A DNA stretch of 64,000 bases. Origin: Hormiphora californensis. Taxonomy: Eukaryota; Animalia; Ctenophora. Positions 1-12,224 of this stretch are shown here, in pieces (the stretch's first letter is position 1; every line of letters begins with the position of its first letter). The notes beneath the pieces were generated by a model. That model did no database searches. It was not told the DNA's origin and worked only from the letters and a program-made list of their open reading frames with translations. The stretch covers positions 4,340,001-4,404,000 of the forward strand of contig CM035351.1 in assembly GCA_020137815.1 (NCBI GenBank), read 5' to 3'. A program made the translations under genes and the position numbers.

Positions 1-21
1 ACACAGCCCCTTCACACTCAC

Positions 22-3000
22 CTCAATATAGGTATCGAATAGCGTCTGAAGCTGATCCCGATGGGGTTGGAACAACTCAGGGAGAGTGTTCAGCCAGCAA
101 GTAACGAATGGTTTTATTCCTAGAATCTGGGGTTCAAGGTACACCATACCGCACCGACTAACAGTAGCGGGGGAGGCCTCTGCCAGATCAGCTACTTCAA
201 ACATCATCGTCATTGACTGAAATTATAGGTGTATACACATTACAACCATATGTTCTCGGCTAGTTCTCGTTTTATTATCAATCAATGAATTCAATTAGCT
301 ACAATTATGCATGTTCCAGCCTTACATCGGTAAGTTTGATGATTTCTCCAGAACTGAGACAAAGCTTCTTGTTATCGTCCAGTACAGTGTTCATGTTCTC
401 AATCCACACAGCATCAACCGGACCATCGAACACATACCACCTCTTGTTGGTATCAGTCGCACTAGTACCCAGTCGGATCAGGGACGAGAGAATACCATCT
501 GTCCACTCGTGGGTCAGAGGATCAAATTCTCCGTAGAGTTGTCCCATAGTGATTGATTTGGGGTTCAGGACGTATGTCATGACCTTTTCGAAGGTGTATG
601 CTCCAATGCAGTAACCCTTGATATCGGTCATAGCTTCTTTCAGGACCTAAGGGAAAGAGAGAGTGTTACACAGTGCGGGAACTTCATCAGCGGAAAATTC
701 TCGAAAGTAAGGATAGCTCAAAAAGACCCACGAACCTCATAGCAGCGAGTTTTTCCAGATCCAGTAGGTCCAACCAACATGAGACCGTGTCGGACCACAG
801 TCGTTTCATAGAGTTGGATACACTTGGCAATGAACCCTTCAACGTCCAATAGATTCTTCTTAGAGCATGCGTTCTTTATCGCAACATCGAGTTCACCGTA
901 ATCGATAGCTTCTTGTCTGAAAGTGATAGAGAGTTAGGAAATGGACATGGTGTTCTAAAACAAAGGTAACGAAGAGATGGCACATGGTACAGGACTAAGA
1001 TAGTAAGATACAGCAGAGTGAACCACCGCACAGGTGTATCCTGCAACACTAACTTGATTTTCGGGAAGAGATCAGAGACGATACCGTTGAACAACTTCAG
1101 ATCATCCTGAAGGAACTTGGGCACGTTTACATCTCGGATGGCACGGAGACAAATCAGCTCCTCCGAGGTGTCAGGGAGATCACGTTTCAAATTAGCAGCA
1201 GCGGAGATAACGGTTTTTACAGCTCGCATACCGAAATCGTAATGGTCCTGCAGAGAGGGGGGTCGATGTATGTCAGATACTGATTAAAAAATGAAAACCA
1301 ACAATTCAAACATTATTAGAGAACTCAAAAACAAATTAAAAACAACACTCAAACTCAAAAACCAAAAGTTAGCATTATTGAACATTAATTAGGTACATAC
1401 CTGAGAGGACAGCTGTTCGGAGCTAAGTTTAAAGGTGCTGGTGATCTTCTTACTGAGAACCTTGGCAGCAGAGAACCCAAAGGAGAATAGAGAGATCTCG
1501 GCAATCATAGCATAATCAGGCACCATCATAGCCACAGGTCGGAACAAAGCCTGAAATAGAATGGTTGACAATACCGATCAACTATATTCTGGAATACCTC
1601 TCATCGCGAGCGTAACAGGGGTGACTTCGTAACCAAGCACTTTGATGAGTTGTTCGCAATAAAGTACCTTTAGATTGTCGGGCAGCTCAGTTCTTCCGGC
1701 ATACCCGGGGTTCATGGTGATGAAAACAGCACAAGAGGTCTTTAGCGAGATCTCCATTCCTTCAAACATGAATCTCTCCAACTGTGGACGGGGTAGATTA
1801 GTAAAAAGTTTGATGGAATTGATGAAAATGGAAAATTGCACTAAAAAATAGGCACAATTTGAATTTTACCTTCTGCTGTTGAGCTTTCTGAATAGTGGTA
1901 ATCTGCTGGGCTACCACGGACAACACCTCAATATCAATCCTGTTAAACTCATCAAAACAGGCCCAAGCACCAGCAGATGCCAGTCCCTTGAGGAACTTGC
2001 CCATAGCCATGAAATCAAGCTGATCGGAGCAGTTGAACACGACACACTGGTACGCCAGGGCCTTCGCCAAATCCTTGGTTGTCTCAGTTTTCCCAGTTCC
2101 GGCCGGACCGGCGGGGGCTCCCCCAAACTTGAGGTGGAGGGCTCCACAAAGGGTCAGGTAACAACGATCAGTCAGGGGCGTGATAACAAGTCGGCCACTG
2201 TTACCAAGGTACTCGTAGCCATATTTGAACTCGCTGTTTACAACCCGGATAATCAGTTCGTCCTCCCAGTAGTACCGGAGCTGTTGGATCCACTCGAAAT
2301 CGTTCAGGTTCTTGACACCCACCTCAATCAGGTTGGACGTGACGTCACGGGCATGCACCTGGATAGGAAGAGTTGGGCATTATGCCAGGTCTTATTTTTA
2401 GTCAAAAACACAAAACTTATAATGGGTACCGCCAGTTTGGCCTAAATTTTAGACATTTGTTCTGTTCTCCATACCTCGATGACAATCAGAGCAGAGAGGA
2501 CAGCTCTGGCAATGGCGGACAAGTTACCCCGGACCAGCGTCACCAGATCAGCCAGTTGGTTTAGTAGTTTCTCGAAGTATCCGGGGATATCGTTAACCTC
2601 AATTGCCTCTGTAACCTCCTTCGTCCAGAAGACTTGACACCCAGCAATAACGATCTGGCCGGGCCAGTTTAACACCCATTCCGTTCTCGGGGTCTGAAGG
2701 TTCTAGTGTTTCAGCATTAGAAATTAGAAAAGCAATATCAATACCAACTGGGTTTTTCCCGCTCCTAATTAAGAATTTGGAAGACTAATTACTGTGTATA
2801 CCTCTGGGTATGCTTCAACGGATTGCCTGACGCTCTCCAGAATACTCTGTCTCATGACCCGCTCAACCTCCAACAGCCAATCCTCCACATTGCCGGTGGG
2901 GTAGAGGGTCTCGGAGAATGGCACCATCTCTCCATCCATGGAGTGCATCGCTGAGATCTTCAGATCCTCTTGGAATGTTAGCTGGAAATGGAGGGAGTGT

Positions 3001-6000
3001 GATGCTTGGCCGGGTCTAGATAGGCATTAATAAATAAGTATGTAGATATTACTACTTGATTGAAGATTTGTTATAAATCTTGATTTCCCAATTACCTTGG
3101 CGATATTCTCGAAACATTTCCTCAGATGAGGCTGTACCGCAGTAGGATCCTTCGTCTGTGAGAGAATCTCTAACAACTCATCATCAGACAAGAAGTAGAA
3201 CCGAGGGAATGATGCTCTCTTTGTCTCCAGGTACTCACTGAGACCCTTCTGGACCTGCTCCAACAGTTTGTTACACTCCCGGAAGTTCTCGAGGAGCCGC
3301 GCATCGGGGCATAGAGTGATGACATTGGGATTGTTGGCTGCAGATGCCATTATCTTTCTCCACATTCGATCCATGGTCTGGTATCGTTTACTTTCAACCG
3401 GTAGCTGTCTGAGGGAGGGGTAAATAGCGGGTTAGCTCCATGTACATGAGAATCATTAGCCCTGCTAGATCTGCTTGGAGCCCTGCTAGATCAGCTTGGA
3501 GCCCTGCTAGACAACAGCTTGAAGTGTAAAGTGTAAACTAACCGGTTGATGTCCTCGGAGGAGAAGATAGGTTCAAGGTAGAGCCATGCTCTCTGGCACA
3601 TCACCCACTCCTCCATCACATCTTGGGTCATTCTCAATTTGCTCTCCCAATTCATAATCCTGAGTGGGAGGGGAGTGTCATCGAGTTAGAAAGGAGATGT
3701 GTCTGATAGAGTATTTGTGTGTGTTATTGAGCCCATGTGGGACGGGTACGATAGTCTGAATTTGCGCCAAATGTGCAGTATACCTGTTCTCGAATGGTTT
3801 CTTGTAGGGAGAGAATGACATGGCCTGGGTCATCACAATATGATCATCCAACAGTTGTGATATCTCCTCTGCCGCCTTCATGATATATGTTCCAGTTTCC
3901 TTGTAGGACAGAACCTCCAAGTTAACCGGTGCCCAATCTTTCTCCATCTTCTCCAACGCTTGCTCAATAGCAAACTCCTTACCAGCCACTTCCGCTACCT
4001 TGGCGATCTGATCGACATAATCCATGAGATTCATATCCAGGCACTTGCTGAATGTCAGGCTAGCCTTGGGTTTTACAACAATACCAATATCATCAGATAG
4101 AGATTCCCAATGCCTGTTTCGCATACCCGGGTTCCTGAGACCCTGGATAAGGGGCACCTTGGGTTTGAATTCCTCCAGCTGGTGTCCTGATCTCCTGGCT
4201 GACAGCCAAACATCCCGGGTGCTCCTTGAACATCTTGATACACTTGTGCATGGTCTTGTAGCTGTTGGTAATGTAACTCTCGACAAACTCTGGATCGATC
4301 TTGCCAATGGGCTCATTCATCCAACTCTCGTAGTACTTCTGCCAATCGGATGTCGTTGTCCACAGATTCTTATAAGGTTCAAACTCCCTGATGAGCTTTG
4401 CAACCTTGTCGTACTGTGTAACGGGTGTTCCAAAAAGACGCTCCCTCTGGTTGTAAAGCTGAGCGAGGGTCTGGCATTCCTTCAGTTGGTTCATGATTCT
4501 CTTCACGTCAAGAGATATCTCAAGAGCCTTGTTGATATCTGTATGTCCGGAGAATCCAGCCACTGTCATCTGCAGACTATCCAGCTTGTCTTCAAAGTTA
4601 GCCTGGTCAGAGCTGAGAATCTTGGAGAATCTTTCCTCGTCCGCAGTTAGATTCTCATTGGTTCGCTCAATTAGGTCTTCAATCTTTGCAGGCCAAGCGA
4701 AGCAGGTCCATTTAGCATTGAAGTCATCCGTGCCGAGGTTATAGTAGAAGTCCTCCAGTAACTCGTAGTCTTGCATTACCTGAGAATATGATTGGATAAT
4801 CAGGGATAATTAGGGACAATGATGCGGGCATAATTAGAAGTGTCAACATTGTCATTTAGAGATTCAGTAAGAGCCAGGTTTGACAAGAAATCTATCTGTT
4901 TGTGTTACCTTATCGATCTTTGCTTGATTAGAGGTAATGGTATCCGGTAGAGACTTGATGTACTCCCGCATCTCTGCAGCATCCTCAATAGCATTGGGCC
5001 TATCAAATAGCTTCCTGGAAACCGCCTTGAACTCCTCACAGATCTAGAGGGGGGGGTGTTGTTACCAGAATTTTTTTTCACACTAGGAAGGGTTTGGTTT
5101 GGTTTAGTGTAGGGAGAGAGGAGGGGTCCGGGGTCTAGATTACAACTTTTTATATGTGGTCCGGCTCGAAGATTGCAGTTTTCTACTTACGTCCTCTGTC
5201 TGTGTCCTGAGCTTCTTAGCGAGTAACTCCAAAACAGCCTTAGCAAGCTCCCTCCTCTTCTTAACAAGGAAGTTCCTGACTGTATCGCAGTTGATCCAGA
5301 ATGGCCCAATGATGATTGAGTTAGGAATATCTGCCTCTAGTTGTTCCTTCTGCCTCTGGTGCATCTCAATTTCCTTCTTGACATCATATGCTGACATATC
5401 CTTCTCCATAATGTCACTGAGAGAAAGAGATGTCAATAAGTCATCACGATCTGAAAACGATCTGACAATGCGACTATATATCTAGACAGTATTATTATGG
5501 AGAGTCAGTGTCATATAATCAGGTAAAGAAGGAGCGGGAGGGGATGATATGATAACTCACTTGAGATAATCAGCAATGTTCAGTTCAGCTAGTTCCTTGA
5601 ACTTGTCGTATCGTTGGAGGTAAGCCCGAAGGGGAATAAGGGCCTGTCTGATGCACTGCTTGATGTTTGCACGGAGAACCTCAACGTGGGGTTCATGGGA
5701 TCCTACACTCTCTAGGAGAGGGGATCCAGCCCAGAACAACTTTGTTAGAACTCTCTGAAAAATAGGGTGGTTAGGGCTTGGGGGGGGGGGTTAGAACTCT
5801 CCAGTCTCTGAGAAAGATGAGTTTGGAGGATCTGAGCTCAGTGAGTCAGTACTCGCACCACATGTAGCTGATAACGTACGTGTGTGATGATATGTGTGAA
5901 AGCCAGGTTGACATGCACACACAACACGTGTAATGTAAGTGTAAACATATTATTGATCCGGTTGAGCAACTAGTTGCATTTGTTTCTCTCTTCATTTACA

Positions 6001-9000
6001 CATTTCCGATATTTGATTCTTCCTTTCCCCCTCAGAAATGCAATTAGATATTACCCAGTTCTAGCATCTTATGGCTGGAAGTAGACATCCTACACTCGAT
6101 ATTACGGAGCATGGTTGGACGTGGCTGGATATCTGTTCCGTTGTCCTCATTTCTCTCTCATTCCTCGGTGGAACGGTTGGAAATGCCATTAGCACTTCGG
6201 TTTCTTCTACAAGAAACAACCAGGGAACAAGGCAAAACAAGCGCTACTTCAATACTCTCTACCTCTTCATTTCAGCAACAGATCTGGTTATCTGTCTGTT
6301 TTGTGTGCCCCTTATTGAGTCCTTAATTAGGATTATCATCGAGGGTGATCCGATCCTGTTTACCGTTCCCGCTTTGTGTAGCAGCTGGTTTGTGTTATGG
6401 AACACCGCTCAAATCCTCTCAGTCTACCTAATCACTACTCTGGCTGTTTCACGGCTCGTTATCCTTGCTAAGCCGAGTGCAAAGGTTAACACTAAAGTGT
6501 TCATGGCGGTTACCATCTGTTATCTTGCGGTAACCGTGGCATTCAGAATGGCTGTTGTGGGTGTCTGGCATGAAAACAGTTTGGATGGTGTTCCTACAAA
6601 GTTTCGATACCGTGAATTATCGGCTTGTATGTTAGACTTTGCCAACGAAACTGCATCCCTGACCTACATGACTGTCAATATGATCCAACTCATGTTGCCG
6701 ATAATCCCCTCTTTTATTGGACTCGTTGTGTCCCTTGTTATCTTGAAAAACAGTCAATATCACACAAGAGACTCGACCCGTGAAGCGCACAGCAAAGCAG
6801 CAATAACGGTAATACTAAACACAACGTTGTATCTAGTACTGTGTTGTCCCTTCTTTTTCTCTCAAAGTTGGACAATAAATTGTATTTTGAGGCATCACTC
6901 AGAGGAATTTCCCATGGATGAGTGCCTCGAGGAGGTGATTGAGTCAGAAGCACCAGAGTTAGGCCGGTTGGTTATATTTCACTCCGATATCCTACTGTAC
7001 TGTACAGCATACACTATCAACAGTGCCATCAACCCGATAATCTACTACGCAAGGCTGAAATCATTCCGGAAGTTCGTGGCAGAGGACCCACCCGATAAAG
7101 TGAGGAGAATGACAACTAGTGTCCTACAGACTACCTCCCTAATCGTCGCCAGAACGTCCGATGCTTTTCAGCAGACATCAAGATCAAACGATCGGACCAG
7201 TTCTAATGGTGATGTGGACTTGGGCAAATGAGCGCCACATGTAGACTTTAACCAGTCGTAGAGACAGAACGAACAGTTCAAGTTATGACGCAATCAGACA
7301 GAATGTACGTGGACAAATGAGCCATGACATGTGATCATGATGTGGACAATGATTACCTTTTCCAGCTGTGGAACAGACTGGGTCACAAAGATTCCTCGAT
7401 CAAAAACACTGCCAATGGTCTGTTCGAAGTTCTCCAGGGGTGTAGAATAGCGAATACCGTCCACATCGAGGGTAAGATCAATTACAAAGAGGGGATTCTT
7501 TAGAGGAGCGTAGGGTGAAATGGCAAGGTTGTCAGTATGAGGCCACTCCATTCCATCCTTGAGATCCATAACATTGACACAGGTGTCAGTGATGATCTGG
7601 TTAAATTCGTAGAGAGAGTTCTCAACCAGATACCTGGTGAGATAGAATAGTGGAATTGTTAGTACTACAATTTATTAGTTTGATTTGTATTTACAGTCGA
7701 ATTATAATACTGTCCATATATCATATTAATTTGTTGTTTCGTCTAAATCTGAACCATGTATGTATTACCTGAGAGAATCCTGCATTGCAAATTTCACCAA
7801 CTCCATAAACTTCCTCAGTTTGGAGATCTCGTAGACCTCCCATCTGTTCTCCTCGATGTTGAACCAGCCCTTACCCACATCTCGGAGGGCGCTGGTAACT
7901 CGAGTACACTGTGTGGTCAGCCACGTATCCTGTAAAGAGAGAAGGAGGGAGTGTTAGTATTAGAGTTATTACTTCTAGACTGTGGAACATATCATTATCT
8001 GAAGCTGGCTATAAACCATCTAACTAAAATCTTATCACATCAACTAACTATCGTCTACCATACCATACCTTGAGATATGACTGCACTTGCATACAAGCTC
8101 TGGTTCTGGGTCTGCTCGAACTCCTCCAATCTCATCCATTTAGTGATATTCGTCTGGAACAAATCCTTACTGGACACCTTGTTACACTCAGTCCTCACCG
8201 CACCAAGCGCAACTATCGCCTCAGGTCGCGTTAGGAAAGAATTGAAGATGAAGCTGTCAAACTGCTTGTGGAAGGGGTACCTCGGTACATCGATACGAGC
8301 TGAGAGAGAGAGATGTATGTTAGTGGTTTGAAACAGAGATATTGGAGTGGTTTCAAACATATTAATGAATAAATTTTAAATTGTATGGACACATGGTGAT
8401 ATAACGTACCTGCACTTTTGCAGATGGCTGGCACCTCAGGGATATTCACATAGCTGAACGACCCAGGGAGGGTATGAGCCACCCTATCGAACACGACCCT
8501 GTTATGGGCCCTTTGGTAGTCCAAAGAGATCTGTTTCTGGAGTCGCTGAACCAGCCACCCCAGTTTGTTACTCTCCAGCCCACAGGAACCCAGAGCGTAG
8601 TTGGTGATATTCTCTAACATCTGTTTGTCAATGTCAGGAACTGACTCCGTATGCATACAGTCCACATACATGTGATACCTGAGAAAGGGGTTCGGTGAGA
8701 GAGAGTTGGGAGCGAGAAAGCTTTCGAAAGGTGTGTTTTACAGCTTTAGAAAGGAGATTAAAGATCACCTAACGGAAATTGTAAAACAAACGCTCACTGA
8801 TAATTACCTGATAACAGATTCGGAGTCCACCCGTAGTTTGTGAGCATCAACAACCCTCTTTGTGAAACGGTAGGGGTTTTCAGCAGCAAATAGAAGTCGG
8901 ACACGGGGTACCCAGTACTGTCAAGGGGGGGGGTGTTACCGGCTTGAATTGGTAATTAGGAGCCCATTAACTTGGGTGTTAAAATCTGTTATTTTCAAAA

Positions 9001-10611
9001 CTAAAACAGCTACCACAGCAGAAAACTAACATTACATGGTCCTTACCCTATTTCCATCTCTGCAGTCGCCCGAGTTGGGTGGAGTCCAGTCCATGGCATC
9101 ATCCAGGGGCCTGGGTCCAGTAGGGTGTCTCCAGGAGAGACCCATATTAGCCCTCTGTACCAGGTACCTCTTGGTCTTGGTCGAGTAGGCCAATACACCC
9201 ACCTGGAGTGAAAAGTGTCAAACATGCCAAATTTATGCCAAATGGTAGAACTTGATTTGAAGACAGATCAGAACTGGAATCATGTAGTGGTAGTGGTAAG
9301 ACTTGTGCAGTATTACTTACATCGACCCACTGGTAGGCAGGCTGGACAGCAGGTGACGGTGTCTTGTCAGTTGTATTGTTGCTCATCTGACTCTGAGTCT
9401 CTCTGGTGACTAGAGTCTTAAGGAGGGCCTTCCCAGGGACCGCCTTAGCAGTCCCATCCTCTTCAAACATTCGACTGACCCACTCGTTGGGAGTGTGGCA
9501 ATCATATTCCTCATTATCGAAAATCTGGGGAAGGTGTGTTAGGGGGTGGTTGGGGGTGGTTAGGAGGGTACCTAGTTTTGGAGGTTCGGTTGGAATTGGT
9601 TTCTGGTGAGAATTGATAGAATCTTCCTGGACTAAACAGAGTGACAGTTCCTCTACCTCTAAGGGAAGATAGATTGGGAAGAACTGATGGAGAGGTCCAG
9701 CGTTTGTTGGTACTTGGTTAACAGGCGCTGTTTTCCGGTTTGTCAACAGAGAATTCCCATCAAACAGTCCCTTGTTCTTCCTCTGTCCGTTAGGGCACAC
9801 AACCTTTATGCCGGAGTCCTTGATAGAGGTTGCTGAGGATGCTCGAGATCCGGGCCGACTCTTCGCACTGATAGATTGGAAAATAGAAATGTTAGGCACA
9901 AATTCTATATTCTCGGGAAAAAAGCATGATCATAATATGTATCATAGGGGAAGAGAGTGTATGTACCTTTCCGTTTCGATATTTTCAGAAAGTTTCTGGC
10001 TCAGTGAAACTTGCATATCAGACAGAACATCCTTCAAGGTGGCGTCTGATCTTGATCTATGATGTGTGTGAATGTGAATGAGGTTTGTGTTGTGGAGGTG
10101 TAAGGTGTGAAGGGCTTAGTAAATACGTAAAGAAAATCAGCAACGAGACCATACGGCAAGGTATATGTACTGCACGAGAAGGCACTGATTGTCACGTCAT
10201 CTCTTTGTATCCTGTCGTTCCTAAGTCCGTTCAACAAACTACCAATTTTGAATTGTCATTACTTTTTTACAAGGCGCAATTGAATTTCCTGGTGTGTTCC
10301 TAGGGCGTGTTTGAAAGGCATCTGGACCTTGTCCCTACAACGACATGTGTAAGGTGAGATAGAGATAAACCGTGAAATTGACTAACTATTGACAAAATTA
10401 TTTTATTGGGATAGATCTGGTAATTCATGTGAAAAGTAGCGATTGCATTCGTTTTCCGGGCTGAGTAGGATTGCTCGGCTCCAGTACATGGGTAGTTGTG
10501 AAGGTAACGTGAAGTGACTAGTTGGACAGTTATTTATGGGAGATCTGGTATATGGTAAGAAGTAGAGATTCACATACCGTATTGGGCTCTATTTTGGTGC
10601 TTGGTCCGTAC
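22..10611 (-). CDS. DNAH1: Axonemal inner-arm dynein heavy chain, DNAH1-like. Multi-exon; covers N-terminal tail, linker, AAA1 and AAA2 and continues off the left edge. Approximate exons include 22-216, 326-646, 736-916, 1054-1247, 1401-1550, 1668-1781, 1870-2358, 2475-2693, 2802-2981, 3096-3407, 3543-3660, 3785-4778, 4909-5043, 5191-5416, 5561-5754, 7357-7633, 7770-7929 and further exons to about 10.6 kb
   Basis: Spliced ORFs give classic dynein motifs: [25 protein letters not shown]1 Walker [52 protein letters not shown]2 [62 protein letters not shown]. The N-terminal PKVQMPY..PRKVAIER..LNIESLL (clean in the inverted copy) resembles DNAH1. GT-AG boundaries are visible. Confidence 0.93.
1870..2358 (-). 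CDS. DNAH1: Dynein heavy chain exon encoding the AAA1 P-loop
   Basis: VHARD...[23 protein letters not shown]...[15 protein letters not shown], flanked by AG and GT on the minus strand. Confidence 0.93.
3459..3521. repeat. Short tandem repeat of about 21 bp (GAGCCCTGCTAGATCAGCTTG), 3 copies, in a dynein intron
   Basis: Three imperfect consecutive copies seen directly. Confidence 0.7.
3785..4778 (-). CDS. DNAH1: Largest dynein exon (tail/linker), with an apparent +1 frameshift near 4187
   Basis: Overlapping ORFs 4093-4776 and 3678-4316 join as ...[35 protein letters not shown]... if one base is removed. Confidence 0.85.
6071..7231 (+). CDS. Intronless orphan rhodopsin-family (class A) GPCR, nested antisense in a dynein intron
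   Basis: 386-aa ORF with seven hydrophobic segments: TM1 GN (GTVGNAI), TM2 D (SATDL..CVP), TM3 Cys, AVSRL in place of DRY, TM7 NSAINPIIY (NPxxY). Lies within the 5755-7356 intron of the minus-strand dynein. Confidence 0.9.
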   Translation: MAGSRHPTLDITEHGWTWLDICSVVLISLSFLGGTVGNAISTSVSSTRNNQGTRQNKRYFNTLYLFISATDLVICLFCVPLIESLIRIIIEGDPILFTVPALCSSWFVLWNTAQILSVYLITTLAVSRLVILAKPSAKVNTKVFMAVTICYLAVTVAFRMAVVGVWHENSLDGVPTKFRYRELSACMLDFANETASLTYMTVNMIQLMLPIIPSFIGLVVSLVILKNSQYHTRDSTREAHSKAAITVILNTTLYLVLCCPFFFSQSWTINCILRHHSEEFPMDECLEEVIESEAPELGRLVIFHSDILLYCTAYTINSAINPIIYYARLKSFRKFVAEDPPDKVRRMTTSVLQTTSLIVARTSDAFQQTSRSNDRTSSNGDVDLGK

Positions 10612-12224
10612 TCTACTAGAGAGAAAAATAACGGCTTCTGGCCGCGCAAGTAAGGACACGTGGCCTGGGGGTCGAGGCGAGGTACACAACCCTGGTTGTC
10701 CTAAAATTAATGTGGGGGGTGTATGGGTATATATTGCTGAAATTATAGGTGGTCATATATGCTCTAGCTATCGTGCCCCTATAATGCTCGTGCACACCTG
10801 CATGTGAGTGCACAATGTATTGCATATGACCGAAATTAATATCTTGATAATCTGGTTGGGGGTTGGGTCGAGGTGCCATATGGTGGTACCCCTTGCCATC
10901 CGCCCCTGGGTCAAAATTATTCGGATCGCTGAGCCCACATATTTCGACTATGTAAGAGGCACACTCTTGCTGGTTATTAGGTTTGGTGGTGAGATAGGGT
11001 GAAGGTGTGATTACCCTGTGCTCCCCTCTGGTGGTACAGCGGGAAACGGCAAAAGACAATAATAAAAGAAGGGTGGGGGGGTTAGTAAGAAGAGGTCTCA
11101 CCTTGAGTATGGATGGAGATGGAGCTAGAGGGGAAATAGGGTTGGTTAGGGGGTTGTTCGAGGGGAGCGCCACAGTTTTGTTGTCTTATATTGTTTCTGT
11201 TTATTGGTCAAAGTTAAAATGTTTTAAAAATGTTAAAAATTTTGTTAAAATGGTTTAGATGGTTAAAAAGATCTTTATGTTTATTTTGTTTTTTTTTTTT
11301 TTTTTTTGTTTTTTTTAATTTGTTATTTGTTCCCCGCGGCCACCGGGAGGGTGGCAGGGGGAAAACTCCATAGCCTGTTGAGCTCGGATGGCGCCTCAGG
11401 GCGCCTATACGAACCAGAAGCTAACTATCCATGGCCGCCTGAGTACCATGCCCCTTCAGATCGAGACCGGCAACAAACTCCAAAACGGGTGGCAATCCAC
11501 GAAGGCAGTGGTGCAGCACTTGCCTTCCCCTCCGGGAGTAGTTTGCAACAATCTCTATGCCTACCCTCTAGACCTGCAATGATACGGTATGGGTCCATTC
11601 GCCACCCGCAAGTTATGTTGTTGATGGTAATGCTGCATGAGGTTGCGAAGGTCCACTGCCGCCTCTCTCCCCAAGCGGTGGTAATCCCTGGCTAATCCCT
11701 ACAAACTGCCAGTCCGGGAGGCTAGAGAGAGCCTGCCTGGCAGCTGCAGGGATTTGTTCTCCTGTACAAGTGACTAAAGGAGGCCCAATCCCTCCTTACC
11801 TCGGAGATGATAAGGAGGGTGGGGGACTCTGAGAAATGCCGGTTGACCATCTCGACCCTCAGCATTGGATGGTCATCTCCCCTCATCCCCCGTGAATCTC
11901 ACATGAGAGTTTGGGGTGCGGGGGGGGGGGGAGAGGACCATCCGGCCTGCGTGGCCCGCCCGGGCCGAGTTCCCTGGGCTAGGCTTGGGGCATTTGTTCT
12001 CAGGGGGGCCCTCTGCCCTGCTCACCTCTGTTGTTGGGGAGAAGGCGGCTGGGGCTACTCTCTCCCTTGCCCTGTGTTTGGCCGCCTGCCTGCTGTCCCC
12101 GCTGTGATTTGGGGTGCGGCGGGCTGGGGCCCGGATTGGTAGTTTGGGGGTTGGCTACCCTGCCAACATCCCTTTGGTAGGGTTGTTGGCGGGTGGTGCC
12201 CCTTTGCTGGTTGGCGCCTCCCTC

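Noticed and set aside
1879-4744. Long plus-strand ORFs (1879-2445, 4024-4650, 4493-4744)
   Set aside because: Antisense shadows of dynein exons with no recognisable motifs
10616-11258. 185-aa minus ORF as the possible DNAH1 first exon
   Set aside because: No similarity to the clean exons 1-2 seen in the inverted copy; the sequence looks low-quality
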